A stretch of 64,000 nt of DNA from Tepidisphaera sp. (GTDB lineage: Bacteria; Planctomycetota; Phycisphaerae; Phycisphaerales; UBA1924). How positions within the stretch are numbered: position 1 is the stretch's first letter; each line of letters begins with the position of its first letter. Both the position numbers and the translations under genes were made by a program. Below, in pieces: positions 32,031-40,406 of the stretch. The notes below the pieces were generated by a model that was not told the DNA's origin, did no database searches, and worked only from the letters and a program-made list of their open reading frames with translations. Location: assembly GCA_050916045.1 (NCBI GenBank), contig CP051526.1, positions 1,664,001 through 1,728,000 of the forward strand, given 5' to 3'.

Positions 32031-32305
32031 AGTTGTTTTCGGAGCACGTCCTGCAACATCGCCTTGTCCAGCGACAGGTCCGCCACCAGCCGCTTGAGCT
32101 TGAGGTTCTCCTCTTCGAGCTGTTTGAGCCGACGGACTTCCGCGACCCCCATCCCCGAGTACTTCTTCTTCCACCGGTAGAAAGTCGGCTCCAAACTCAA
32201 GAAGGGGACGCCCATCTGCCGGCAGATCGCCGCCACCGCCGTCCCGCTCTCCGCCTGCGTGATCGCGTACGCAATCTGCTCCACACTGGACCGCTTCCGC
32301 TTCAT
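32027..32305 (-). CDS. IS3 OrfA
   Basis: MKRKR...ICRQMG...TFYRWKKKY.GM...RLKQLEEEN.KLKRLVADLSLD. Confidence 0.88.
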   Translation of the reverse strand: MKRKRSSVEQIAYAITQAESGTAVAAICRQMGVPFLSLEPTFYRWKKKYSGMGVAEVRRLKQLEEENLKLKRLVADLSLDKAMLQDVLRKQL

Positions 32306-32537
32306 CGTCAGCCTCCCGAACAGAGGCCGGAATCATCCCAGATATCTCCCATTCAGGCTGGACCGGATTTCGGGGTCAAGACCAAAACGACTTACGACGC
32401 TGAGGCGGATGGCACGATAAGCCACCCAGAACGGTGCCACCAGCCGATCTTCGCTCGATGGATTTGGTGGAGTACATAAAACGCAAAGAAAGGCGACCAT
32501 GCGGCCGCCCTTCAAAGGGTGACTTGGAAATCGTGAT

Positions 32538-35500
32538 TTAGTTCGGGAGGTCAACTTCGAGGATGTTCGATCGCGGGGATTCGCACGAGCCTTGATCGGC
32601 GATCACGTAGAACTGGTAGAGACCGCCGCGGACAATGGGATTGGCTCCGGTGCCGTCGCGTATCGCGCGTTCGGCATTCGCCGGAACGTTCTCCCCGAGT
32701 TCCCAAGCCTGCCACGAGCCCATGGTGAACCGACGTTGGTAGATCTGGAACTGGGTTTCGCATGACGAGTTGTCGTTCCAAAAGAGTTCCACCGATGTCG
32801 ATGTGACCGACCCACGCCGCAGGCTCGTAGGTGCGTCAAGGCAACCCGGCGTCGCTCGCCCCTCGGGATGGTTGATGGTCCAAGCCGACGACCGGTCGCC
32901 CTCAATGTCCGCTTTGATTCGGAACCGATACAGGCCGTCGGCTACAAGCCCGGTACGAACTGCCGTTGTTGCGTTGGCAGGCACGTTCTCGCCAAACGTG
33001 AACGCGCTCCACGCGGACCCATCCCACAACGAATCCTCGATCACAAATCGCGTCTCGCAGGTCGAAGTGTCAGTCCACGCGAGCGTGACCGAGCCGCACC
33101 CGGTCGAAAGAACCCTGAAGCTTCCGGGTACCACGACACAGTCATTCCCCGTGGTAGCCTCGACCACGTTGCTCCAGGGCGAGCCACGGACACCCTCGAT
33201 CTCCGCTGCGACACGGAACCGATAGAGGGTGCTATACGCGAGACCGGTGCGGCAGGCATCCCCTCGGTTGGCGGGCACGTTCTCACCAAGGACCCAGCCG
33301 TCCCATGATGTCCCGTTCCACCTGGATTGCTCGATCACGAACCTTGTCTCGCACGACGAGCTATCGCCCCAGAGCAGGCAGACCTGATTCCCGGAGACCG
33401 ATGCGACGCGGAGGTTCGATGGCGGCTGGAGGCAGTCATCCCCCGTGGTCGCCTCTACCACGTTGCTCCACGGCGAGCCACGGACGGGTTCAATCTCCGC
33501 CGCGATGCGGAACCGATAGAGGGTGTTGTACGCGAGCCCAGTCCGGCACGCATCGCCACGGTTGGCGGGCACGTTCTCGCCAAGGACCCACCCGTCCCAA
33601 GAGGATCCGTTCCAGCGTGATTGCTCGATCACGAAGCGCGTCTCGCACGACGAGGTATCGTTCCAGAGAAGGCACACCTGATTCTCGGCAACGCTTGCTA
33701 CTCGGAAGCTGCCCGGAGGCTGAAGGCAGTCCGACGCCGTTCGCGCCTCAGCCCAGTTGCTCCATGCCGAAGTCCGAACCCCGGCAATCTCGGCGCGGAT
33801 GCGGAACCGATAGAGCGTGTCGTAGGCGAGCCCGGTCCGGCACGCATCCCCGCGGTTGGGAGGCACGTTCTCGCCGAACTCGGCAGCCTCCCAGGATGAG
33901 CCGTTCCACCTCGACTGCTCGATCACAAACCGGTCTTCGCAGGACGAAGTGTCGCTCCACAGAAGGCAGACCTGCGTCCCGGCAACACTCGCCACGCGGA
34001 AATTTCCGGGGGGCTGAAGGCAATCCTGCCCGGTGTCGGCAGTGATCCACTCGCTCCAATCCGACACTCGGCCACCTTCGATCTCAGCCCTGATGCGGAA
34101 CCTGTACCGGGTTCCGGAAGACAGACCCGTCCGGCACGCGTCCCCGCGGTTGGACGGCACGTTCTCGCCGAACTCCGGCGGGCCCCACGCGGCCCCGTCC
34201 CACACTGACTGCTGGATCACAAACCGCGTCTCACAGGTCGAGGTGTCCGTCCATAGCAAGCATACCGACGACGAGGTCGTGCTTGCGACACGCCAACTCC
34301 CCGGCACCCGAACGCAGTCAGGCGTCGCCGAGGCGGTGCCGCCGATGGTGATGCAGTCTGCGAAACCCGGCGGCGAATCGACCCACGTCGAGACTCGGAA
34401 GACATAGTTCTGACCGGAAGTCAGCCCCGAGGCACGCTGCCTTGACGTGTTCGCCCCTGCCACCGTAACGAGCGAGAAGTTCACGCCGTCGCTGCTCTTT
34501 TCCACGATGTATCCCGACTCGCCCTGCGCGACATCGCTCCAGCACACATCCACCGCTGTCGACCACACGTTGCACACCCGGACGTTCGCCGGAGCGGGCA
34601 GCGGCACGCACGGCGTGCGGACCACCACCACTGGTTGCGACCACGGGCTGCACGCGTTCGAGCGCCCGTCGAACCGGCACGCCCGGATCCGCCACTTCGT
34701 CTCGGATGTCGGAAGAAGATCTGTCACGGACCACGAGAACGTGCCCGCGTCCAGCACCGCCGCGGTGCGGTACGTCGAGCCACCGTCGTCGCTACGGTCG
34801 ATCTCGTAAGTTTGATCGCACGAGCCCGCGGCTCCCCACGAGAACATCGCAGAACTCGACGTGATGTTCCCTGCGGCAAAGGCCTCCGGGGCCGTCGTCA
34901 CCGGGCACGAGCAGAAACTCAGCCCGTTCCCCTCGAACTCAGCCAGGAAATCCGCGTAATCGAAGAAGTCGAGGAACCCGTCCCCGTTGAAGTCCGCCGA
35001 CTTGCCCGGAGGGCACAGGGCGCCCTCGAAGCACTCGACGTACGCCAAATAGTCGAAGAAGTCCGTGAACCCGTCGCTGTTGAAGTCCGAGGGGCACTGG
35101 ATTGTCAGCCGTGCCGCCCGGCTCGTCACCGTGCTGCAACAGTTGGTCAAGACCGCCCGGTACGCGCCCGCGTCCGAGGCCTGCGCCGACGAGATCGTCA
35201 GTGCTGGGTTGTTGGCTCCGGGGATGTTCCGCCCGTCTCTCTGCCACTGGATCTCCGGCGTCGTTCCCGTGAAGCCCACGCTGAACGCTGCGCCACCCAG
35301 CAGCGACGCACTGGCGTCCTGAGGCTGCGTCGTGATGGTCAGTGGCGTGCACTCGCACGGCCGGGTTGTCCGAAGTGAGAGGGAAATAACTCCGAATGAA
35401 GAAGAACGCGGTGCAATAGCCCACTCATCGCCGTACCCCACGTCATACGCGGCCACCGCGAGAAAGTAAACCCCAGGAGAGAGGTCCAGATCCTGGCCCG

Positions 35501-36332
35501 TCGAACTCCCGCCGGACCCTGCGCCAAATGAGAGTAAGCTCGTCAGCATTCCTCCTGAGTTCGGTTCGTCGTCATTCTCCACAATCAACTCGCCCAACAC
35601 GTTGAACAGTCCGATCTTTGTGTCGTTGGGGTCCGACTCGGGGTCCCCGGCCAAACTTGTGCCCGCCGTCGAGATATCGAGAAAGGCGGGGGCCACGATC
35701 CCCGAAGGGACCTCGAATCGGAACAATTGATACCCGCCCGACTCCAGAGGTCGCGTTAGCGCAATCGGTGTCTCTCCGAGCACGCCGAGATTCTCGTGCG
35801 GTGGTGGTGGCAGCACCCCATCATCAAACGTGATCGTCAACGCTTCCCATACCGCGTCCACGCCCGGCTGATCAGAGCTGTTTCGATCGTCGGGTCTGTA
35901 TTCGTAGAATCGGAACTCCCATTCACCTGCAGTCGCCGTCACCCAGCCGAAAAAATCTTCATCGAGATCAGTCATCTGTCCACTGACCGACACACGCCCA
36001 CCTGCACCGAATTGAACCTCGCCGATCCAAAGATCGAAGGAGTCGCCTTCTGGGCCGACGGCTTCAATTCTGCTATCGAGAGGAATCGTTCCTGCAGCGG
36101 ATCGGCGAAGCGTCCCGCTGAAACTGACCTTCCGTGCCGTGTACCCCCCTACCAACGTTCGGGTTCGCGTTGCATTCGTGTCATCGTAGTACTCGCCGTC
36201 GGAGTTCACGTTCGTGAACGTCACGCTCTCGCGCGGGTCCGCCGTCGCTGCTCCCACCCCTACGCACATCGCCAGCCCAGCAACGATGCGACATCCCCAC
36301 GTTGCGGCCCATCGAACCGTTCCATCCAGCAT
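32538..36332 (-). CDS. Large secreted/surface protein: N-terminal beta domains, Ig-like domain, internal GC-type dockerin-like module, eight FN3 repeats
   Basis: Signal peptide; ITTQPQ..IQWQRDG..DAGAY Ig motif; paired DFNxDGFxDFFDY; W.D.S..E..F.IE...Y.FRI.A FN3 repeats. Confidence 0.88.
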   Translation of the reverse strand: MLDGTVRWAATWGCRIVAGLAMCVGVGAATADPRESVTFTNVNSDGEYYDDTNATRTRTLVGGYTARKVSFSGTLRRSAAGTIPLDSRIEAVGPEGDSFDLWIGEVQFGAGGRVSVSGQMTDLDEDFFGWVTATAGEWEFRFYEYRPDDRNSSDQPGVDAVWEALTITFDDGVLPPPPHENLGVLGETPIALTRPLESGGYQLFRFEVPSGIVAPAFLDISTAGTSLAGDPESDPNDTKIGLFNVLGELIVENDDEPNSGGMLTSLLSFGAGSGGSSTGQDLDLSPGVYFLAVAAYDVGYGDEWAIAPRSSSFGVISLSLRTTRPCECTPLTITTQPQDASASLLGGAAFSVGFTGTTPEIQWQRDGRNIPGANNPALTISSAQASDAGAYRAVLTNCCSTVTSRAARLTIQCPSDFNSDGFTDFFDYLAYVECFEGALCPPGKSADFNGDGFLDFFDYADFLAEFEGNGLSFCSCPVTTAPEAFAAGNITSSSAMFSWGAAGSCDQTYEIDRSDDGGSTYRTAAVLDAGTFSWSVTDLLPTSETKWRIRACRFDGRSNACSPWSQPVVVVRTPCVPLPAPANVRVCNVWSTAVDVCWSDVAQGESGYIVEKSSDGVNFSLVTVAGANTSRQRASGLTSGQNYVFRVSTWVDSPPGFADCITIGGTASATPDCVRVPGSWRVASTTSSSVCLLWTDTSTCETRFVIQQSVWDGAAWGPPEFGENVPSNRGDACRTGLSSGTRYRFRIRAEIEGGRVSDWSEWITADTGQDCLQPPGNFRVASVAGTQVCLLWSDTSSCEDRFVIEQSRWNGSSWEAAEFGENVPPNRGDACRTGLAYDTLYRFRIRAEIAGVRTSAWSNWAEARTASDCLQPPGSFRVASVAENQVCLLWNDTSSCETRFVIEQSRWNGSSWDGWVLGENVPANRGDACRTGLAYNTLYRFRIAAEIEPVRGSPWSNVVEATTGDDCLQPPSNLRVASVSGNQVCLLWGDSSSCETRFVIEQSRWNGTSWDGWVLGENVPANRGDACRTGLAYSTLYRFRVAAEIEGVRGSPWSNVVEATTGNDCVVVPGSFRVLSTGCGSVTLAWTDTSTCETRFVIEDSLWDGSAWSAFTFGENVPANATTAVRTGLVADGLYRFRIKADIEGDRSSAWTINHPEGRATPGCLDAPTSLRRGSVTSTSVELFWNDNSSCETQFQIYQRRFTMGSWQAWELGENVPANAERAIRDGTGANPIVRGGLYQFYVIADQGSCESPRSNILEVDLPN
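32850..34320 (-). repeat. 294-bp period internal repeats (98-aa FN3 units)
   Basis: cggaacc recurs at 32920, 33214, 33508, 33802 and 34096, an exact 294-bp spacing. Outer limits approximate. Confidence 0.85.
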
Positions 36333-36376
36333 TCCATCGCTCCTCGACCGGCATCGGTCACATTGTTGGTCTGGAC

Positions 36377-36750
36377 TGACCTGCCCCCATGGTTCATACC
36401 ACCTTGAGAGTTAGTGTATCCGCTTTTTTCACCGCCCGACCCCCGCACCCCACACACCCCCATCCCCGTCGCTCAGGGTCGTTCCGCCCGGTTGCACCGA
36501 CTCGGGCGCAGACGGCTTGTACCCCAGCGAGGAGTGCGGCCGCGTCGTGTTGTAGTGCTTTCGCCATCGTTCCACCAAGACCTTCGCTTCCCTCAGAGTA
36601 TAGAAGATCTCCCCGTTGAGCAGCTCGTCCCGCAGCTTCCCGTTGAAGCTCTCCATATACCCGTTCTCCCACGGGCTCCCGGGCTGGATGTACAGCGTCC
36701 TCACGCCCACCTTGCCCAGCCAGTCCCGCACCACCCCCGCTGTGAACTGG
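36377..36750 (-). mobile_element. IS3-family 3' remnant (different element)
   Basis: PGSPWENGYMESFNGKLRDELLN...YNTTRPHSSLGY followed by a right end ...GGGGGCAGGTCA; 5' part absent. Confidence 0.85.
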
Positions 36751-36951
36751 GGCAACTCGTTGTCTCTTCCGCTTGGGATATTGAGCACGCGGAGGCCGTC
36801 CACGGCCGAGACCCGATCGCCACGGGTTCATGCCGTTCGAGACCGCGCGTCGCAGTTCGACCCAAGGCAAGGCGGTAACCGGTATACTGTTGAAAGGACC
36901 GCCGACGGAAGCTAGGGGTTTCCTCGGGGTGGGGTCATGTGGAGCCACAGA

Positions 36952-37896
36952 ATGCAGCCCGATCCTGCTCGACCTACGCCTGAACGACCGGGCCTAATGC
37001 GCGATTTGTCGGCGACGCCGGTTGCGGTGAGGCCGGTTCCTGTTTCGCCGCCGCAGACCGTCAAGCCAGTGGCGCGTGCGCCGAAGACTCCGCAACAGGC
37101 GGCTTCAACCGTCTCCGCCGATGTGGCGGAATCCCAGCCAGCGGAGGACCGAGGATCGCATTCGCGAGTGGTCGGCTTGGTCGCCGGGGCCTTGGTCTTG
37201 GTAGCCGCGATTTTCGCGATCCGAGGTCCGCAGCCGAACTGGGACGGACCGCACACGGGCCAGAACTGGGAGCAAATCGAGTCTCTCCGGAACACCTCGC
37301 CCAAATCGGTGGTTCGCGTTCGAGCCGGGCATGAGCCGGAGATCACGGAGAGCATCGCGTTGTCCTCAGCGGATCAGGATGATGCGACCACGAAGGCGGT
37401 CGTGGACGCACTGAGGCAAGGGAACACGAACGCGGCGAACGCTGCGATTCAAGCGGCGTGCAAGATCCCTGATCTCGAGCGTGCGATGACTCTTGGCGAC
37501 GCGATCAAGGCGAACGAGGCGATGCGGGAACCGTCTCGCGGTCTCGACCCATCGCCGGTGTCGCCGGTGCTGCAACCGGGCATGTCCGAGGATCTGCTCA
37601 ATGGGAGCACGAAGTTCTACAGCATTTTTCTCTACGACAACTGCGTCGAGGACGGGGACATCGTCCGTGTGGAGATCAACAAGCAACCGTTTGCGATGGT
37701 TCCCCTCACCCGGACCGGAGCAACGCTTTCGATTCCAGTCAATTCGGGGCAGGCATTCGAGGTCGAGATTTTCGGCATCCGGGACGGCGGCGGCGGGATC
37801 ACCGTGGCCTGCCAGACAAGCAATGGAGCGTACTTCGCGAGAGCGATCCAGCCGGGTGAACGGGCGCCGCTGACGTTTGTGCCTGCGAAGCAGTAA
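36952..37896 (+). CDS. Hypothetical single-pass membrane protein with C-terminal beta domain
   Basis: GGAG RBS; Pro-rich N-terminus; TM VVGLVAGALVLVAAIFAI; YDNCVEDGD...RDGGGGITV motif. Confidence 0.75.
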   Translation: MQPDPARPTPERPGLMRDLSATPVAVRPVPVSPPQTVKPVARAPKTPQQAASTVSADVAESQPAEDRGSHSRVVGLVAGALVLVAAIFAIRGPQPNWDGPHTGQNWEQIESLRNTSPKSVVRVRAGHEPEITESIALSSADQDDATTKAVVDALRQGNTNAANAAIQAACKIPDLERAMTLGDAIKANEAMREPSRGLDPSPVSPVLQPGMSEDLLNGSTKFYSIFLYDNCVEDGDIVRVEINKQPFAMVPLTRTGATLSIPVNSGQAFEVEIFGIRDGGGGITVACQTSNGAYFARAIQPGERAPLTFVPAKQ

Positions 37897-37932
37897 CGGG
37901 ACGCGACTCGCGCGTCAGGTCCGAGGAAATTC

Positions 37933-38085
37933 ATGCCACAGATATGGGCACGGATCACGGAACTTTGGAGTACATCAACGCCCTTTCGCATGATGCTGAT
38001 CGGGGCCGGCATCTGTCTTCTTGTCCTGATGGCGACTTCGAAGCCTTCGACATCGAGTTCCACGCCGGCCGGTTCGCACCCCTAG
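37933..38085 (+). CDS. Small membrane protein (50 aa), absent from the ORF track
   Basis: GAGGA RBS; MPQIWARITELWSTSTPFRMMLIGAGICLLVLMATSKPSTSSSTPAGSHP; fills the operon gap. Confidence 0.6.
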   Translation: MPQIWARITELWSTSTPFRMMLIGAGICLLVLMATSKPSTSSSTPAGSHP

Positions 38086-38119
38086 CGCGAGCAGAAGGCG
38101 GCCTTTGACCGAACGAGCC

Positions 38120-39406
38120 ATGGCGAACAACGCAGTCTTCCAGATCATCATGCTGTGCGCAACAGGATTCAGCCTGTTGTTCCTCATCGCGAATAGCCTC
38201 CCCGGGGGTTGGTTTCTGGTCTTGGCGCTGCTCGTGTTCTGCGTCGGCGGAGCGTGCACGCTCTACCTGCTGAGGTACGAGCCGAAGACGGCGGCGTCGC
38301 TGCACACGACGCCGGGCTTTCGTCAGTTCATTGATGCGGTCTGTGCCGTCACATCGCAACAGGCTCCGAGCGGCGGGGTCGCAGCCGCCGCCGGAAGCGG
38401 CGCGCCCCGACCGTCCGATTCGCCCGCGACGCAGGATCGGACCGCGGCGGCGGACGACGGCATCACGCCGCGCTCAGCGGAGGACTTCGCCTCAATCCGC
38501 ACGTCCATGACACGGAGAGTCATCGGGCACGACGACGCCATCGCCGGGCTCCTTTCGCACCTAGAGCGATCGGTCCTTCTACGACGGCGGCGTGGGCACG
38601 TTGAGGACTCGCCTCCGCTGGGCGTCTTCCTTCTCGTCGGCCCTGCGGGGATCGGAAAGAGGCATCTCTCGATCCAGCTCGCCGCCCATCTTTTCACCAG
38701 GCCGGCCGTTCTGACTCTTCGCGGGGGCGACTATGCCGACCCGGCCACCGCGGCCCAGCTGCTGTTCGGATCCGTATCGCAGCCGGGAGTGCTGCTTGCC
38801 GCGCTTCGGACGAATCCGCAGCAGGTGGTGTTCATCGAATCGACCGAGCTGGTGGCTCCGAAGGCGCTCCAGATGCTGCGAGACGCCATTCGGGCGGGGT
38901 GCGCGGTCGACGAGTCGGGGAGATCCGTGTCGTTCAAGGACGCCGTCGTGATCTTCTCCACCGCCAAGGGTCAGAGTTCAATGGACGCCGCGATCCGGCG
39001 GCATGGAGACGTGGAGACAAGGCACTCGGACATCATTGATGCGATGAGCCGCGAGTTGGGGTCGGATCCCGAGTTCTTCGCGGTCTTCTCGGATTACTAT
39101 CTGCTTCGGACCCCAGACCCGGAGCAGCGTGCCCTGATTCTGCTCCACATCATGAGTCGGATTTGCGCCGAGTACGGCGTTGAACTGGCCTACGTGGAGC
39201 CTAGAATACTGCTTGCCGAGGTGGTTGCGCTTCCACCGACGCCGATGTTCGAGTCGGCTCCCGACCGGCTGCGCCGACGACTGATTCCTGAGCTGGCTGA
39301 CTTGGCGAAGCGGTCGCGTCATCGGCTGATATGGCAGTTGGAAGAAGAGCCCATCCGGGCGGGCGTCCGCGAAGAGCGGACAGCTGACCGAGGACTGACA
39401 CCATGA
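38120..39406 (+). CDS. Membrane-anchored degenerate ClpB-D2-like AAA+ protein
   Basis: Two N-terminal TMs; RVIGHD, PLGVFLLVGPAGIGKR, VVFIESTE, GRSVSFKDAVVIFST. Confidence 0.8.
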   Translation: MANNAVFQIIMLCATGFSLLFLIANSLPGGWFLVLALLVFCVGGACTLYLLRYEPKTAASLHTTPGFRQFIDAVCAVTSQQAPSGGVAAAAGSGAPRPSDSPATQDRTAAADDGITPRSAEDFASIRTSMTRRVIGHDDAIAGLLSHLERSVLLRRRRGHVEDSPPLGVFLLVGPAGIGKRHLSIQLAAHLFTRPAVLTLRGGDYADPATAAQLLFGSVSQPGVLLAALRTNPQQVVFIESTELVAPKALQMLRDAIRAGCAVDESGRSVSFKDAVVIFSTAKGQSSMDAAIRRHGDVETRHSDIIDAMSRELGSDPEFFAVFSDYYLLRTPDPEQRALILLHIMSRICAEYGVELAYVEPRILLAEVVALPPTPMFESAPDRLRRRLIPELADLAKRSRHRLIWQLEEEPIRAGVREERTADRGLTP

Positions 39407-40395
39407 GCAACTTCGATTCCATGACCGACTGGGAGAAGCTGCGTTCGATGCTCCAGAACTCGGAGTTGTCGGGCGCACCACGCGAGATCGATGAGGAGGA
39501 GATGAGGCGATCGCTCTCCACCCGAGTCCGCGGGCAGGACCACGTGATCGACGACCTCTGCCGTCTCATTCGGGTGCAGTGGGGAAAGCGGGAACGGAAG
39601 CGGCCGATCGCAAGCGTCCTGTTCCTCGGACCCACTGCGACCGGCAAGACCGAGCTCGCTAAGGCAATGGCGCAGTTTCTCTTCGAGGACGAGAAGAACC
39701 TGCTGTTCCTGAACTGCGAATCGTACTCGGGCGCGCACAGCAAGGACCAGCTCATCGGCGTTCCGAGGGGCTACTCGGGGTGGGAATCGGGCGGGCAGCT
39801 CACACGTCCGGTGATCCAGAACAAGCGTCGTCTCGTCTTGTTCGACGAGGTCGAGAAGGCCTATTCAGGTATCTTCGACCTGTTCCTCTCGATGATGGGC
39901 GAAGGACGGCTTGTAGAAGCGGGTACGGAGCGCGAGGCCGATTTCACGGAGTCCATCATCGTGCTGACGAGCAACGCGGAGGCTGCGCAGATCGCCAAAA
40001 TCGACGCGCAGCTGTCCGATCCACAAGAGAAGGCCAATGCGATCAAGCAGCACCTTCGCGACACCAACAAGTTTCGGGCAGAGATTCTTGGTCGGTTTGA
40101 CCGGATCTACGTGTTTAGGCCGCTATCGGGCATGATCAACGCCGAGATCGCGATCATCAAGATGCGGTCCCTGGCCAAGGAGTTCGGGGTTGACTTGGCT
40201 TACGTCTCTCCAGATCTGGTGTTTGAAGCGATGCAGCGCAGTCAGAAGCTGAAGGACTTCGGTACGCGGGAACTCGACCGGGTCATCAATGAGATGCTCG
40301 GCGATGCGATGCTGCAGGCGCGGCAGCACAACGTGAAGCGGATTAAACTCCGAGCTGATTCAGACGGCGTCCTTCATGTGGATCCCGCCGACTAG
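39403..40395 (+). CDS. Stand-alone ClpB-D2-like AAA+ ATPase
   Basis: RVRGQD, GPTATGKTE, LIGVPRGYSG, LFDEVEKA, LTSN, EILGRFD, GTRELDR; ATGA overlap with the upstream gene. Confidence 0.9.
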   Translation: MSNFDSMTDWEKLRSMLQNSELSGAPREIDEEEMRRSLSTRVRGQDHVIDDLCRLIRVQWGKRERKRPIASVLFLGPTATGKTELAKAMAQFLFEDEKNLLFLNCESYSGAHSKDQLIGVPRGYSGWESGGQLTRPVIQNKRRLVLFDEVEKAYSGIFDLFLSMMGEGRLVEAGTEREADFTESIIVLTSNAEAAQIAKIDAQLSDPQEKANAIKQHLRDTNKFRAEILGRFDRIYVFRPLSGMINAEIAIIKMRSLAKEFGVDLAYVSPDLVFEAMQRSQKLKDFGTRELDRVINEMLGDAMLQARQHNVKRIKLRADSDGVLHVDPAD

Positions 40396-40406
40396 GCAAC
40401 TTCCCT

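Larger units (their letters stand above)
31147..32384 (-). mobile_element. IS3-family insertion sequence (1238 bp), inactivated
   Basis: Terminal inverted repeats TGGTCTTGACCCC...GGGGTCAAGACCA with TG/CA ends; orfA/orfB layout; no target-site duplication visible. Confidence 0.92.

Noticed and set aside
32850..34320. Regular repeats as a possible CRISPR array or DGR template
   Set aside because: The period is 294 bp, in frame and protein-coding; no spacers, cas genes or reverse transcriptase in the window.
38120..40395. A split or frameshifted clpB/clpV, implying a T6SS
   Set aside because: Both ORFs are D2-like, there is no D1 or Clp N-domain, the first has TMs, and no tss genes are present.
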